From an uncultured Alphaproteobacteria bacterium (GTDB lineage: Bacteria > Pseudomonadota > Alphaproteobacteria > SP197), in NCBI GenBank assembly GCA_958295695.1, contig OY282363.1, forward strand, positions 1,738,225 to 1,802,224: 64,000 nucleotides of DNA, in the 5' to 3' direction. Position numbers and translations under genes: made by a program. The notes under the pieces were generated by a model. It ran no database searches, was not told the DNA's origin, and saw only the letters and a list, made by a program, of their open reading frames with translations. Shown here piece by piece: positions 42,974 through 53,970 of the stretch. The stretch's first letter is position 1. Each line of letters begins with the position of its first letter.

Positions 42974-44368
42974 ATGCGACACAACTTCCGTTACGACGTG
43001 GATGACCTGCTGGCCAAGGACAAGGCCCACGCCATGCATCCCTGGCACGAGTTCGGCCGCTCCGACCACACACTGCTCGCCGATTCGGAAGGCATCTACG
43101 TCTACGACGGCGCCGGCAACAAGTACATCGACGGCATCGGCGGCATGTGGGCCGTCCAGCTCGGCTACGGCAACGAGGAGATGGCGCGGGCCATCTCCGA
43201 CCAGGTCCGGAGCATGGTGTACTACTCGCCCTGGTCGATGGCGACGCCGCCGCACGCGGAGGTCTCGGCCAAGCTGGCCACGCTGACGCCTGGCGACCTC
43301 AACCGCTTCTTCTATTCCACCGGCGGCTCGACCGCGAACGACGCCGCGGTCCGGTTCGTCCACTATTACTGGAACGTGATGGAGCGCTCCACGAAGAAGC
43401 ACATCATCACCCGCGCCGACGCCTATCACGGCAGCACGTACCTGGCGGATTCGTTGTGCGGCAAGCCGGGCAACGACACGCGCATGGAGCGCGTGACCGA
43501 GTGGATTTCGCACGTCTCGTCGCCCAATCCGTACCGCAAGCCCGACGGCATGACCGACGGGCAGTTCCTCGACCATCTGATCGACGAGCTCGAGGGCAGG
43601 ATCGAAGAGCTCGGCGCGGAGAACGTCGCGGCCTTCATCGCCGAACCCGTGCTCGCCTCGGGTGGCGTGATCGTGCCGCCGGACGGCTACCAGAAGCGCT
43701 GCCTCGAGGTCTGCCGCAAGCACGATGTGCTCTACATCTCCGACGAAGTGGTGACGGGCTTCGGCCGCATGGGCCACTTCTTCGCCTCCGAACCGGTGTT
43801 CGGCATCGTTCCGGACATCATCACCGCGGCGAAGGGCTTCACGTCCGGCTACATCCCGGCGGGGCTGACGGCGATCTCCGAGAAGCTCCACCGGGACATC
43901 GTCGACAAATCCGGCGATTCCGCGACATTCTCGATGGGCTTCACCTATTCCGGCCATCCGGTGGCGATGGCGGCGGCGCTCAAGAACATCGAGCTCATGG
44001 AGCGCGACCGCATCATGGAGCACGCCCGCGCCACCGGCGACTACTTCCAGGATCGCCTGCGTTCGCTGGCGGACCTGCCGATGGTCGGGGACGTGCGCGG
44101 CGTGGGCCTGATGGGCTGCGTCGAATGCGTGAAGAGCAAGACCGGCAAGGAGCCGTTCGAGGAGAGCCTTTCGGTCGGCAAGAGGATCGACAGGAAGTGT
44201 CAGGAGTATGGGCTCATCCTGCGCCCGATGTGGCACCTCTGCGTGTTCTCGCCGCCGATCATCATCTCGGAGGGGCAGGTCGACGACATGGTCGGGATCA
44301 TGGAGAAGGCGATCCGGGAGGTCGCTGACGACATGATCCGCGAAGGCTCGTGGGACGGCAAGGAGTGA
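42974..44368 (+). CDS. class III (omega) aminotransferase
   Basis: An internal ATG at 42974 gives a 464-aa product with STGGSTANDAAVR, ISDEVVTGFGRMG and TAAKGFTSGYIP (PLP lysine). Confidence 0.85.
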   Translation: MRHNFRYDVDDLLAKDKAHAMHPWHEFGRSDHTLLADSEGIYVYDGAGNKYIDGIGGMWAVQLGYGNEEMARAISDQVRSMVYYSPWSMATPPHAEVSAKLATLTPGDLNRFFYSTGGSTANDAAVRFVHYYWNVMERSTKKHIITRADAYHGSTYLADSLCGKPGNDTRMERVTEWISHVSSPNPYRKPDGMTDGQFLDHLIDELEGRIEELGAENVAAFIAEPVLASGGVIVPPDGYQKRCLEVCRKHDVLYISDEVVTGFGRMGHFFASEPVFGIVPDIITAAKGFTSGYIPAGLTAISEKLHRDIVDKSGDSATFSMGFTYSGHPVAMAAALKNIELMERDRIMEHARATGDYFQDRLRSLADLPMVGDVRGVGLMGCVECVKSKTGKEPFEESLSVGKRIDRKCQEYGLILRPMWHLCVFSPPIIISEGQVDDMVGIMEKAIREVADDMIREGSWDGKE

Positions 44369-44373
44369 GCGGC

Positions 44374-45444
44374 ATGGGCGAGGAACGCTCTCCGGGGCCG
44401 GCTGCTGCTGCGGCGCGGCTCCGCCGCGCCGCTCTCGCGGCGCTGGTCTGCTGGGCGTGCGCGGGCCTGTCCGCTCCGGCCTCGGCCGGACAGGCCTGCG
44501 CGGAGGACGGCCGGACGCTCCGGGTCGGTTTCTACGCCTTCTTCGCGCCGGTCAGCTACAGCGCCGATCCGGATCCGGAGGCCGCCGGGTTCCATGCCCA
44601 TCGTGGCTATGAGGCGGATCTTCTGACCGCGCTGGAGGCGATGGACGGCGCCGGCCTGTCGTTCTCGCGCGCGGCGATCGCCGCCTGGGACGACATCTGG
44701 TTGCTCTCGGCGGGCCCGGACTACGATATCGTCGGCGGCGGCATCACCATTCTGGACTCCAGGACCGGCGACGCCGCGGGCGAGCGCCGGGTCGCGTTCA
44801 CCGCCGGCCATATCGCGTTCCGCCAGTCGCTGCTGGTCCGCGCCGCCGATGCGCAAAGGCTCGCGAGCTACGATGCGTTGACCGGCGACGTGCGCGTCGG
44901 CGTGCTCGCCGGCACGACGGGCGAGGCCCGCCTTCTGCAACTGACCGGGCTCGCCGACGGCGACGGCGTGCTCGCCGCCGGCGCGCGGATCGTCACGCCG
45001 GAAGGCGAGGCGGTGGCCGACGGCGGCGCGGATTTCGTCATCGCGGCCGCCGGCGCGTCGCCCGGCCTGGAGAAGCGGCTCGCCATGCGCCCGCCGGCTG
45101 ACACCATGCCGCAAGTGATCTATCTGGGCGGCGAGATGGGCGAGGCCGAACTGCTCGATGCGCTGCGCGACGGCGATATCGACGCGGTCGCCCGGGGCGA
45201 GCTCGGCAACCGCGAGGCGGCTCACCGGGCCGGCGGCGCCTTCGCGGTCGCCGCGCTCGACGCGCGGGTCGAGCACGGCGGTTTCACCGTCGCGGAAGGG
45301 CGGGACGACCTCGTCGCCTGCCTGGATGAAAAGATCGACTGGCTGACCGACGGGCGGCGGATCGGCTACGCCGCGTGGCTGGACAATCCCTCTGTGTTCC
45401 TCGACCGCGCCAGGCTCTGGAACGAGGAGGACAACCGCTCCTGA
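44374..45444 (+). CDS. periplasmic substrate-binding domain protein (amino-acid-binding family 3-like)
   Basis: It has a signal peptide (LAALVCWACAGLSAPASA). LRVGFYAFFAPVSY...YEADLLTALEAM resembles SBP_bac_3. The start could be 44350 or 44374. The family call is tentative. Confidence 0.5.
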   Translation: MGEERSPGPAAAAARLRRAALAALVCWACAGLSAPASAGQACAEDGRTLRVGFYAFFAPVSYSADPDPEAAGFHAHRGYEADLLTALEAMDGAGLSFSRAAIAAWDDIWLLSAGPDYDIVGGGITILDSRTGDAAGERRVAFTAGHIAFRQSLLVRAADAQRLASYDALTGDVRVGVLAGTTGEARLLQLTGLADGDGVLAAGARIVTPEGEAVADGGADFVIAAAGASPGLEKRLAMRPPADTMPQVIYLGGEMGEAELLDALRDGDIDAVARGELGNREAAHRAGGAFAVAALDARVEHGGFTVAEGRDDLVACLDEKIDWLTDGRRIGYAAWLDNPSVFLDRARLWNEEDNRS

Positions 45445-45517
45445 CCAGCGCGACCGGGACCGGCGCCGTTTCCCGTTGTCCGAAGAGCCGGGCCGGATTC
45501 ATCCGTCCGGGCCGGAT

Positions 45518-47056
45518 CTAACCGGTGGCCTTCCGGTCCGCGGTCGTCAGGCCGCCTGTCGTCGCGATCTCGACCGGCGCGTTCAGAGCGCGCGCGAGGG
45601 AGGCGGCGTAGCGCTCCACCTTGTCGAGCGTGGCGACCGCCGCGTCCGGGCCGATGGCGAGCCGCAGGCCGTCGCCGGACCGCTCGACCGGCGTCTTTTC
45701 GAGCGCGAGTTCCCGGCCCGCGCAGAGCTCGAACGCAAGGCGAAGCGCCTTGCCGAGCGTCTTGGCCTCGGCGGCGGCGTCCTCGTTCAGGAGGCGGCGG
45801 CAGACCGACGCCGCGTCCGAACTCGAGGAGCCGCCGTAGCGCGCGAACACGGCGAGAGCGAGAAAGGCGCGCTGGGCGTGGTCGAGGACGGACCACGGCA
45901 TACGAAGGACCCGGTCGAGCGACTGTTCCGCGCGGTATTCGGGGTGCTCGCCCCAGCCCGTGTCGGCCAGGATGCAGGCGGCCCGGACCATGCGCGCGTC
46001 CGCTTCGACGAAGCGCTCGGCGACGGGCCGGAGCCACGCCTCGAGCGTCCCCGACATATCCGGGAACCGGCGGCGCCGGCCGGCGAGTTCGCTGCACGCC
46101 GAGAGCAGGGGATCGTCGGACCGGGCCGGCCGGTCGAGCATGCGGAAATGATGGCCTTCGCGAAGCCCGTGGGCCGAGAAGATCAGCTCGCCGGGCCCGA
46201 GCGCCGCCATGATCCGGTCCAGGGCGACGGCGCCCCAGGGCAGGGTTTCCGCGCGCTTGGGCGACACGGCGCGGATCCGCGCGATCGTCTCCCGGCCCAG
46301 ATGCTCCAGCATGCCGGTGAAGTCGCGCGCCTCGCGGCGGGCCATGCGATAACCGTGGACGACCCGCAGAGGGTAATCGTGCTGCGCCATGTGCAACCGC
46401 GCGATCGCGCGCCAGACGCCGCCGACGGCGTAGAACGACAGGCCGCGCCAGTCGCGGAGCCACGTCACGTCCCCGAGCGCCCTGTCGATGACTCGTGCGG
46501 CGTCCTTCAGGACCCCACCGGTGCGGCCGATCAGGCGCAACGGCCCGATGTCGAGCGAGGTCCGTTCGGCGATCGCGCCATCGCGCAGGGCGACGAGTTC
46601 CAGGCTGCCGCCGCCGAGGTCGCCCACCACGCCCGTGAGATCCGGCACGGCCGAGACGACCCCCATCGCCGACAGGCGCGCTTCCTCGTCTCCGCTCAGG
46701 ACCGTAACGCCGCGGCCGGTCTTGGCCTCGACCGTACGGCAGAAATCGACGCCGTTCTCCGCGCCGCGCACGCCCGCCGTCGCCAGAAGCGCCAGATCGT
46801 CGACCGGGACGTCGCGGGCGATGCGCACGAGGGCTTCCACGGCGTCGACCGCCCGCCAGAACGATGAATCGCCGAAGCGGCCGAGCCGCTCGACATCGGT
46901 TCCCAGGCCGACCACCGCCTTGCGGTTGACGATGGGGAGCGGCGCGCGGCTCAGCCGGTCGTAGACGACGAGGCGGATGGAGTTCGAGCCGATGTCGACC
47001 ACGCCGAGGCGATGGCTCGCGCCACCGACCAGCTCGGGCGTGAACCGCGAACTCAC
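45518..47056 (-). CDS. ppx: exopolyphosphatase (Ppx/GppA family)
   Basis: The GTG start at 47056 overlaps the ppk stop (GTGA). Pattern: [15 protein letters not shown]...GVRGAENG...[15 protein letters not shown]...DLGGGSLEL. Confidence 0.85.
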   Translation of the reverse strand: MSSRFTPELVGGASHRLGVVDIGSNSIRLVVYDRLSRAPLPIVNRKAVVGLGTDVERLGRFGDSSFWRAVDAVEALVRIARDVPVDDLALLATAGVRGAENGVDFCRTVEAKTGRGVTVLSGDEEARLSAMGVVSAVPDLTGVVGDLGGGSLELVALRDGAIAERTSLDIGPLRLIGRTGGVLKDAARVIDRALGDVTWLRDWRGLSFYAVGGVWRAIARLHMAQHDYPLRVVHGYRMARREARDFTGMLEHLGRETIARIRAVSPKRAETLPWGAVALDRIMAALGPGELIFSAHGLREGHHFRMLDRPARSDDPLLSACSELAGRRRRFPDMSGTLEAWLRPVAERFVEADARMVRAACILADTGWGEHPEYRAEQSLDRVLRMPWSVLDHAQRAFLALAVFARYGGSSSSDAASVCRRLLNEDAAAEAKTLGKALRLAFELCAGRELALEKTPVERSGDGLRLAIGPDAAVATLDKVERYAASLARALNAPVEIATTGGLTTADRKATG

Positions 47057-49248
47057 GCCCGGCCGCCGGCCGTCACGTTGCCCTTGCGGATCTGTTTCTC
47101 CAGCGCGCTTCCGCGGCCCGAAAGGCTGGGATTGGTCATGAAGAACCGGTGTGCGCTGAAGGCGTTTTCGGAACTGGCCGGCCGCCGGTAGACGCCGTCC
47201 TCGTCGAGCGTCCAGGACTGCTCGACATCGCGCAGGTTGGCGACCATGATCTGGTCGAGCACCTGACGATGCACCGTGGCGTTGCCGATCGGCGCCATGG
47301 TCTCGACGCGCCGGTCGATGTTGCGCGGCATCCAGTCGGCCGAGGAGACATAGACCTTGGCGCGCGGCGAGGGCAGGGCCTGTCCGTCGGCGAAACAGAA
47401 GATGCGCGAGTGCTCGAGAAAGCGGCCCACGATGCTCTTGACGCGGATGTTCTCCGACATCCCCGAGACGCCGGGCCGCAGGCAGCAGATGCCGCGCACG
47501 ACGAGATCGATCCGCACGCCGGTCCGGGACGCCTCGTAGAGCAGGTCGATGAGCTCGGGATCGACGATGGAGTTCATCTTGGCCCAGATGGCCGCGGGCT
47601 TGCCGCCGCGCGCGTTCTCGGTCTCCTTGCGGATGAGGCGCGCGAGCGTGTCGCGCATCGTGAGCGGCGCCATGGCGACCGCCTCGAGGTTGCGGGGCCG
47701 GATGTAGCCCGTGAGGTAGTTGAAGAGCCGGTTGGCGTCCCGGCACAGCGCGGGATCGGCGGTGAAGAGCGAGAGGTCGGTATAGATCTTCGCGGTGATC
47801 GGATGATAGTTGCCGGTGCCGTAGTGCACGTAGCTGGCGAGACGCCCGCCTTCGCGGCGCACCACGAGCGACGCCTTCGCGTGGGTCTTCAAATCGACGA
47901 AGCCGTAGACCACCTGGGCTCCGGCGCGTTCCAGGTCCCTGGCCCACCGGATGTTGGCTTCCTCGTCGAAGCGGGCCTTGAGCTCGACCACGGCGGTGAC
48001 CGACTTGCCGGCTTCGGCCGCCTCGATCAGAGCCTTCACGATGGGCGAGCCCTCGCTCGTCCGGTAGAGCGTCTGCTTGATGGCGACGACGGCCGGGTCC
48101 AGCGCCGCCTGCTCGAGGAACTGCACCACCACGTCGAAGCTCTCGTAGGGGTGGTGGACGATGATGTCCTTGGCGCGGATGGCGTCGAAGCAGTTGCCGC
48201 CGAAATCCCGGATGCGCTCCGGAAAGCGGACCGCGTAGGGAGGGAACAGCAGGTCCGGCCGGCCGCCCACGATGAGCTGGTCGAGATCGGCCAGGCCCAG
48301 CTCGCCGTTCACCTCGGTCACGTCGCCGGGGTCGATCCGCAGCCGGTCCATGAGAAGGCCCCGGAGCTCGGCGGGCATGCCGGCGTCGACGACGAGATCG
48401 ATCACGCTGCCGCGGCGACGCCGCTTCAGGGCCGATTCGAAGTGGCGGACAAGGTCCTCGGATTCCTCGTCGATCTCGATCTCGCTGTCCCGCACGACCC
48501 GGAAACAGCCCAGTCCGAGCAGGCGGAAGCCCGGGAACAGCCGCTTGAGATGCACCCGCACGGCTTGCTCGAGCGGAAGGAAGCGATGCGCGTCTCCGGG
48601 CAGGCGGATGAAGCGGTCGGTCTGCTGCGGCAGGCGGATGATCGCGTGGACCGGCTCGTCCTGTCCGGCGCGGCGCAGCTTCAGGACGAGGCCGAACCCG
48701 AAGTTCGGAATGAAGGGGAAGGGGTGGGCCGGGTCGATCGCCACCGGCGTCAGGAGCGGAAGGATCTCCATGTCGAACCAGCCGGCGAGCCAGACCTGCT
48801 CCTCGTCGGTCAGCTCCCGCTCTCCGACGAGGACGACGCCCTCGTTGTCGAGCTGTTCGCGCAGATCGCGCCAGGTTTCGTACTGTCGGGCGATCAGCCG
48901 GTTGGAGCGATCCTTGATCTCCCGGAGCTGTTGAACGGGCGTCAGTCCGTCGATGCTGGGCGTGGTCACGTTCGCGTCGACCTGCGCCTTGAGGCCCGCG
49001 ACGCGCACCATCTGGAACTCGTCGTGGTTGTTGGCCGAAATCGACAGGAAGCGCAGGCGCTCCAGAAGTGGGTGGCGCCGGTTCCGCGCCTCCTCGAGGA
49101 CCCGCATGTTGAAGGCCAGCCAGCTCAGTTCCCGGTTGATGTAGCGGCCGCGCGCCGGCGCTTCGGCCGCCGCCGGAGGCGCGGAACCGCCCGCCGCCTC
49201 GCTCGCGGGCCAGGCGTCGGACTCGGCGCGCAGGTCTTCCTCGACCAT
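47053..49248 (-). CDS. ppk: polyphosphate kinase 1
   Basis: An internal ATG at 49248 gives a 731-aa product with [61 protein letters not shown] and [13 protein letters not shown]. Confidence 0.92.
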   Translation of the reverse strand: MVEEDLRAESDAWPASEAAGGSAPPAAAEAPARGRYINRELSWLAFNMRVLEEARNRRHPLLERLRFLSISANNHDEFQMVRVAGLKAQVDANVTTPSIDGLTPVQQLREIKDRSNRLIARQYETWRDLREQLDNEGVVLVGERELTDEEQVWLAGWFDMEILPLLTPVAIDPAHPFPFIPNFGFGLVLKLRRAGQDEPVHAIIRLPQQTDRFIRLPGDAHRFLPLEQAVRVHLKRLFPGFRLLGLGCFRVVRDSEIEIDEESEDLVRHFESALKRRRRGSVIDLVVDAGMPAELRGLLMDRLRIDPGDVTEVNGELGLADLDQLIVGGRPDLLFPPYAVRFPERIRDFGGNCFDAIRAKDIIVHHPYESFDVVVQFLEQAALDPAVVAIKQTLYRTSEGSPIVKALIEAAEAGKSVTAVVELKARFDEEANIRWARDLERAGAQVVYGFVDLKTHAKASLVVRREGGRLASYVHYGTGNYHPITAKIYTDLSLFTADPALCRDANRLFNYLTGYIRPRNLEAVAMAPLTMRDTLARLIRKETENARGGKPAAIWAKMNSIVDPELIDLLYEASRTGVRIDLVVRGICCLRPGVSGMSENIRVKSIVGRFLEHSRIFCFADGQALPSPRAKVYVSSADWMPRNIDRRVETMAPIGNATVHRQVLDQIMVANLRDVEQSWTLDEDGVYRRPASSENAFSAHRFFMTNPSLSGRGSALEKQIRKGNVTAGGRA

Positions 49249-49384
49249 GGGAACTCCCGGTTGTCGCGCGGTTGTGCTAGAGCTACGGCGCTGAACGGCG
49301 GAACCATTATAGCAGCGATCGGTCCGGATTTGGACGGTCGCGGCTCCGGCCGGCGAACTCACCCGATCCGAAGGAAGCGCAGAG

Positions 49385-49897
49385 GTGCCGAACACGCTTT
49401 ACCTGCTTCGCCACGCCAAGTCGAGTTGGGCCGACGCCACGCTCGACGACCACGACCGTCCGCTCCAGGCCAGGGGGCGCCGGCGCGCAGGCGAGCTCAG
49501 GGTCTGGATGGAGGACCGCGACATCGGCTGCGACCTCGTGTTGTGCTCGACCGCGCTGCGGGCGCGCCAGACGCTCGATGTCGTACTCCCGGCGCTCGGC
49601 GGTCCCGATGTGCGCCACGTCCCGCGGATCTATGGGGCCGGGGCGGACGGCATCATCGAGATGCTGAAAGACGCCGACGAGGGGATCGAGCGGATCATGG
49701 TCGTGGGGCACGATCCCGTGCTGCGGCAGACCGCCATCGCGCTCGCCATGACGGCCAATGGCGACGCCATGGACCGCCTCAAGCGGAAGTATCCGACGGC
49801 GGCTCTTGCGGCGCTGACGTTCGGTTCGGCCGGCTGGCGAGCGCTGGCGCCGGGCGTGGCCCATCTGGAACTATTTTTTGCGCCGTCCGACCCCTGA
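49385..49897 (+). CDS. histidine phosphatase family protein (SixA-like)
   Basis: The GTG start at 49385 is preceded by GAAGGAAG. Pattern: [11 protein letters not shown]....RPL..RG...A and MVVGHDP. Confidence 0.75.
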   Translation: MPNTLYLLRHAKSSWADATLDDHDRPLQARGRRRAGELRVWMEDRDIGCDLVLCSTALRARQTLDVVLPALGGPDVRHVPRIYGAGADGIIEMLKDADEGIERIMVVGHDPVLRQTAIALAMTANGDAMDRLKRKYPTAALAALTFGSAGWRALAPGVAHLELFFAPSDP

Positions 49898-49949
49898 GCG
49901 GGGTTAGCATGGCCGGGGATGCGACGGCCGGAACGCGGGAGGTCGTGCG

Positions 49950-50474
49950 ATGCGCTGGTTCGCGGGCTGGCTTTGCTTCCTCGGGGGAGTCGCGGCGGTC
50001 CTCGGCGTCGTTCTCTACGCGACCAACACGCCCGATGTTCCGGACGAAGACGAGCTCGTCTGGTTCGAGGGGTTCCTGATCGCGATCCGGCTCGAGTACG
50101 ACCTCGACGCGACCCACATCGTCTACCTGAAGTTCCGCGATCACGACAGGCTCTACCGCTATCTTTCCCGGCTCCCGAAGTATGTCGAGGTGCGCGACCG
50201 CCTCGGAATCTATCGACAGGTCGACGTCCTGATCGACCCGGACGCGGAGCCCGGTCTGGACGGCGCCTACGACATATGGGGCTTGGTGGAGCATCATCCG
50301 TATCGCGCGGGCGCGGTGGTGACCTACGGGGAAGTCTACGACGAGGTCACCGAAGCAGGCCGGTCGTGGCAGAACGTCGGCCTCTACACCCTCGCGGGCG
50401 GCGCGCTCGCCCTCGCGACCGGCTTCGGCATCCGCCGGACCGTGCCCTACGCGCCGAGGGAGCCCACCGCCTGA
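49950..50474 (+). CDS. hypothetical membrane protein
   Basis: The 174-aa product shows strong G/C third-position bias. It has N- and C-terminal hydrophobic helices (WFAGWLCFLGGVAAVLGVVLY; VGLYTLAGGALALATGF). I recognise no family. Confidence 0.6.
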   Translation: MRWFAGWLCFLGGVAAVLGVVLYATNTPDVPDEDELVWFEGFLIAIRLEYDLDATHIVYLKFRDHDRLYRYLSRLPKYVEVRDRLGIYRQVDVLIDPDAEPGLDGAYDIWGLVEHHPYRAGAVVTYGEVYDEVTEAGRSWQNVGLYTLAGGALALATGFGIRRTVPYAPREPTA

Positions 50475-50478
50475 CCTC

Positions 50479-51123
50479 TCAGGTCAGCAGGGCGTCGCCG
50501 GTGGAGACGATCACGCCGGCGTCCCGCATCGCCGTCATGGCCCGGTCGAGCGACCCGGCGAGGTCGATCGCGCGGCAGCCGTCCTCGACCACGACCGCGC
50601 CGAAACCCTCGCGCCGCGCATCCATCGCCGTGAAGTGGACGCAGAAATCTGTCGCCAGGCCGACCAGCACCACGCGGCCGAAGCCGCGGGTCCCGAGATA
50701 GCCCGCAAGCCCGGTCGGGGTCGTCCGGTCGTTTTCGTAGAAGGCGGAATAGGAATCGACCGCAGGGTCGGACCCCTTGCGGATGATGAGGTCCGCGGAC
50801 CCGGTTTCGAGTCCGGCGTGAAACGCGGCGCCGGAACTGTCCCGCACGCAATGGTCCGGCCTGAGAGTCTGCGGACCGTAGCTCATCTCCATCGTCGAGA
50901 ACGGCTCGGTGCCCTCGTGGCTTGACGCGAAGGAGCTGTGGCCCTCGGGATGCGAGTCCTGCGTGAGAACGACGTTGGCGAAGCGTCCGATCAGGTCGTT
51001 GGCGACCGGAACGACGGCGTCGCCATCGGCGACGGCGAGAGCGCCGCCGGGGCAGAAGTCGTTCTGGATGTCGATGACCAGCAGGACGTCCGTCCCCCGG
51101 TCGATCCGAACTACTTCGGTCAT
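50479..51123 (-). CDS. pncA: nicotinamidase/pyrazinamidase (isochorismatase family)
   Basis: The 214-aa product carries LLVIDIQNDFCPGGALAV, LTQDSHP.GH, IIRKG....DSYSAF and LVGLATDFCV (catalytic Cys). Confidence 0.85.
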   Translation of the reverse strand: MTEVVRIDRGTDVLLVIDIQNDFCPGGALAVADGDAVVPVANDLIGRFANVVLTQDSHPEGHSSFASSHEGTEPFSTMEMSYGPQTLRPDHCVRDSSGAAFHAGLETGSADLIIRKGSDPAVDSYSAFYENDRTTPTGLAGYLGTRGFGRVVLVGLATDFCVHFTAMDARREGFGAVVVEDGCRAIDLAGSLDRAMTAMRDAGVIVSTGDALLT

Positions 51124-51136
51124 GGCGTCCGCCCCG

Positions 51137-52279
51137 TCAGCGAAGCGTATAGATGCGGTTGCTGTTCCCCGTCGCGATCATGGCGACAATCCGGTCGGCC
51201 TCGGCGAGGTTGCAGTCGCCGTCGGCGATCCAGCGGTCGAGATGCCGCTTGAGCGTCCGGCGGAACTGCAGTTGGCCGAGATAATGGAGCTCCGAGAGGC
51301 CGAAGGCGTCCGAGCTGTAGAGCTGCTTGAAGAACGGCCCCATCTCGAGCGCCTCGCCCATGATGCTGGCGGCCTGCGGCCCGGCGAAGTTCAGGATGAC
51401 GCCGACATCGTAGTAGACGTTCTGGAAAACCTCGGCGAGCCAGGCCGCCTCGCGCTGGAAGGGGTAGTTGTGGAGCAGCGTGCAGGGTACCCGCCACTCC
51501 TCCATCGCGCGAAGGTAGTCGGTGAAATGGGTCGGATCGCAGGCGTGCATGTAGATGTCGGGATCGCCGAAGCCGACATGGATCTGCAGTGGCAGCCCGA
51601 GATCGCGGCAAAGCTCGGCGCCGGCCCAGAGGCCGTGGCGCACGACGTCGACATCGTCCAGCCGGACCCTGCCGGCCGCCATGTTCGCGCCGTACCAGCG
51701 GTCCGCGCCTCTCGCGACCTCGCGCCGGTCCGGGGGCGTCTGATCGATCGCGAAGGTCGCGCGGTAGGCCACGATGGTCTTGAGCGCCACGGCGGTCCGG
51801 GCGCGTCTGGCGAGCTCGTCGGCGAAGGCTTGGGGAAACTCCGCGGCGCTCGCGCCGCCGCGCGCGACCTGCTCGGCCACGGCTTCGATGCGGACGACCT
51901 CGTGCGCGGGCCGTCCGCCGAGCGCGGCCATCTCGGGCACGTTCGCGATCGAGTCGCCGCGGTGGCCCGTGTCGATCAAGAGGCTGTCGAGGCCGCAGGC
52001 GCCCAGAAAGCGCCGGTTGACCTCCTCGGCGCCCAGGTCGCCGCGCCGCTCGACATAGGCCGCGCCGGACGGGAACGGCGCGAGGTCGAGCAGCGGCGCG
52101 CAATGGCGGCGCACCAGGAGGCCGAGGGGCTTGTCGAACTGCGACGCGCCTTCGGGCGCAGGCCGGTAGCTTTCGCTCATCAGGGCCTCGAAGGCGCGCC
52201 GGTCGAGATTCCGGGGAACGACGCCGTGACAGTGGTGGTCGATGAGCGGAACGCCGACGGAGGGTCCGTCAGTAGGCAC
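51137..52279 (-). CDS. amidohydrolase family protein (metal-dependent hydrolase, TIM barrel)
   Basis: The 380-aa product carries PLIDHHCHGV at the N-terminus, LPLQIHVGFGD in the middle and SSDAFGLSELHY near the C-terminus. It overlaps the GS-like gene. Confidence 0.7.
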   Translation of the reverse strand: MPTDGPSVGVPLIDHHCHGVVPRNLDRRAFEALMSESYRPAPEGASQFDKPLGLLVRRHCAPLLDLAPFPSGAAYVERRGDLGAEEVNRRFLGACGLDSLLIDTGHRGDSIANVPEMAALGGRPAHEVVRIEAVAEQVARGGASAAEFPQAFADELARRARTAVALKTIVAYRATFAIDQTPPDRREVARGADRWYGANMAAGRVRLDDVDVVRHGLWAGAELCRDLGLPLQIHVGFGDPDIYMHACDPTHFTDYLRAMEEWRVPCTLLHNYPFQREAAWLAEVFQNVYYDVGVILNFAGPQAASIMGEALEMGPFFKQLYSSDAFGLSELHYLGQLQFRRTLKRHLDRWIADGDCNLAEADRIVAMIATGNSNRIYTLR

Positions 52280-53582
52280 GGGCGTACCTTTCGCACATGC
52301 GCCCGGGCGTCGACGCGGCGTAGGTCTCGGCTTCGAGACGCTTGAGCGAGGTGTAAGCCTCGAGCATCGTCGGCGTGAACCAGCCGCGGGCGGTCTCGTC
52401 GGCCGTCAGCGCGTCGAGAGCCGCGGCGAGCGACGAAGGCAATTCCTTGACGCCGAGTTCGGCGCGTTTGCCGGCGCCCATTTCGTCGGGATCCTCGTCG
52501 ATCATCGTCGGCGCCGGGAGGCTCGCGCGAATGCCTTCGAGCCCCGCCCTTGCGACGGCGCCGACCGCGAGGTAGGGGCTGGCCGTCGCGTCGGTCGCGC
52601 GGATTTCGATGTTGAAGGCGTCGGCCCGCGTGGCGGGCGCGGGGTCGGGCGAGGGACAGATGCGGATCGCGGCCTCGCGGTTCTGCACGCCGACCGCGTC
52701 GTAGCCGCAAGCCCAGTGGTGCGGACCGAGGCGCAGGTAAGACACCGGACTCGGCGCGGTCAGCGCGGCGAGCGCCGGAAGGTGGCGCTGAACGCCGGCC
52801 ACGAATTGCGCCGCCACCGGACTGAGCTGGCCGGGGCCGTCGGGATCGAAGGCGGCCGCTTGGCCTTTCCCGTCCCACAGGCTGAGGTGGAGGTGGCAGC
52901 CGTTGCCCACGGCGTCGGGCGCCGGCTTCGGCGTGAAGCTCGCGCGCAGCCCGCACTGTCGCGCCGCCTCGCGCACGGTCTCGCGCGTGATCACGACCCG
53001 GTCCGCGCCGGACACGCCGGTCGCCGGCCCGCAACTCACTTCGTACTGCCCGACGCCGTATTCCGGCTCGAACGTCTCGAGGCCCACGTCGGCGTCGAGC
53101 AGCGCGGCGGTGCAGAGATCGGCGAAGGGCGCCACCCGTCGAATCGAGTCGACGGAAAACGGCGCGGCCCATTCCATTCCCTCGCCGGTGAGGAGGAACT
53201 CGTTTTCGTAGGCGATGTGGAGCCGAAGACCGGTCTCGGCCTCGAGATCGGCCAGCGCCCGCCGCATGAAGCCGCGGGTGCAGCATTCCCAGGGCGCGCC
53301 GTCGGCGTTGAGACTGTCGCACAGGACAAGGTGAAGCGGCGGCAGGTTCTCGGTGAACCCGATCCTGCGGCGGGTGCTGTCGTCGGGCGTCTGGCGCACC
53401 TCGTCCATGGGACCCCAGGGATTGGGCGCGATGTCCTCGAAGGGCGTCAGCGACTGGCCCGCGAGCGCCCAGCCCAGGCCGTGGGAGCGGCGGCGGTCGT
53501 ATTCCGAGACAGGCACGCCGCGGGTGCGGGAGAGCCCGACCAGGTCGTTCCAGACGAGCAGGATCAGTTCGCCGCCGGTCAT
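52269..53582 (-). CDS. glutamine synthetase family protein (gamma-glutamyl-amine ligase-like)
   Basis: An internal ATG at 53582 is preceded by GAGGGAG. The 437-aa product carries FEPEYGVGQYEVS, SFTPKPAPDAVGNGCHLHLSLW, RLGPHHWA and NIEIRATDATASPYL. Confidence 0.8.
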   Translation of the reverse strand: MTGGELILLVWNDLVGLSRTRGVPVSEYDRRRSHGLGWALAGQSLTPFEDIAPNPWGPMDEVRQTPDDSTRRRIGFTENLPPLHLVLCDSLNADGAPWECCTRGFMRRALADLEAETGLRLHIAYENEFLLTGEGMEWAAPFSVDSIRRVAPFADLCTAALLDADVGLETFEPEYGVGQYEVSCGPATGVSGADRVVITRETVREAARQCGLRASFTPKPAPDAVGNGCHLHLSLWDGKGQAAAFDPDGPGQLSPVAAQFVAGVQRHLPALAALTAPSPVSYLRLGPHHWACGYDAVGVQNREAAIRICPSPDPAPATRADAFNIEIRATDATASPYLAVGAVARAGLEGIRASLPAPTMIDEDPDEMGAGKRAELGVKELPSSLAAALDALTADETARGWFTPTMLEAYTSLKRLEAETYAASTPGRMCERYARAY

Positions 53583-53970
53583 GGTTCGATCGCTCCCTCT
53601 GCGAACGGAAAGGCCCGGCCGTCCCAGGCGCGCCCCTCGCGCGGACATTCGAGGCTGTGTCGCGCCGCCAGCGTGTCGCGCATCGGCCGTCTCCGTCAAC
53701 GCCGGCCTCGCGCGCCCGTCGCCGGCCCAGCGGACCTTCCCGGCATCGTTCGCGTCGCCATGCCGGTGCTTTTCGCACCTGCCCGGACCCGGGGGCGGAA
53801 GCGCGTCGCCGAATCGATCGTCTCCGGATCGTCCGGGCCGCCCGCGTTTCTGGAGAAGAACCCTCCCGGATTGAATCGCCCGCGATCCGCTCTAAGCTCC
53901 CGCACCGATGCGTTCCCGGGATACGGGATCGTCCTGAAGGCGGGAAAGACATGCCGGAGACGCGCCCGAC

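Noticed and set aside
45488-45517. Direct repeat CCGGGCCGGAT x2 between the convergent SBP and ppx genes
   Set aside because: It is short, GC-rich and self-similar, sits in a convergent intergenic spacer, and is easily produced by chance in this composition. No further copies were noticed.
49249-49384. Pho box in the divergent ppk / sixA-like promoter region
   Set aside because: ppk genes are often phosphate-regulated, but I could not find tandem CTGTCAT-like half-sites spaced 11 nt apart in this spacer.
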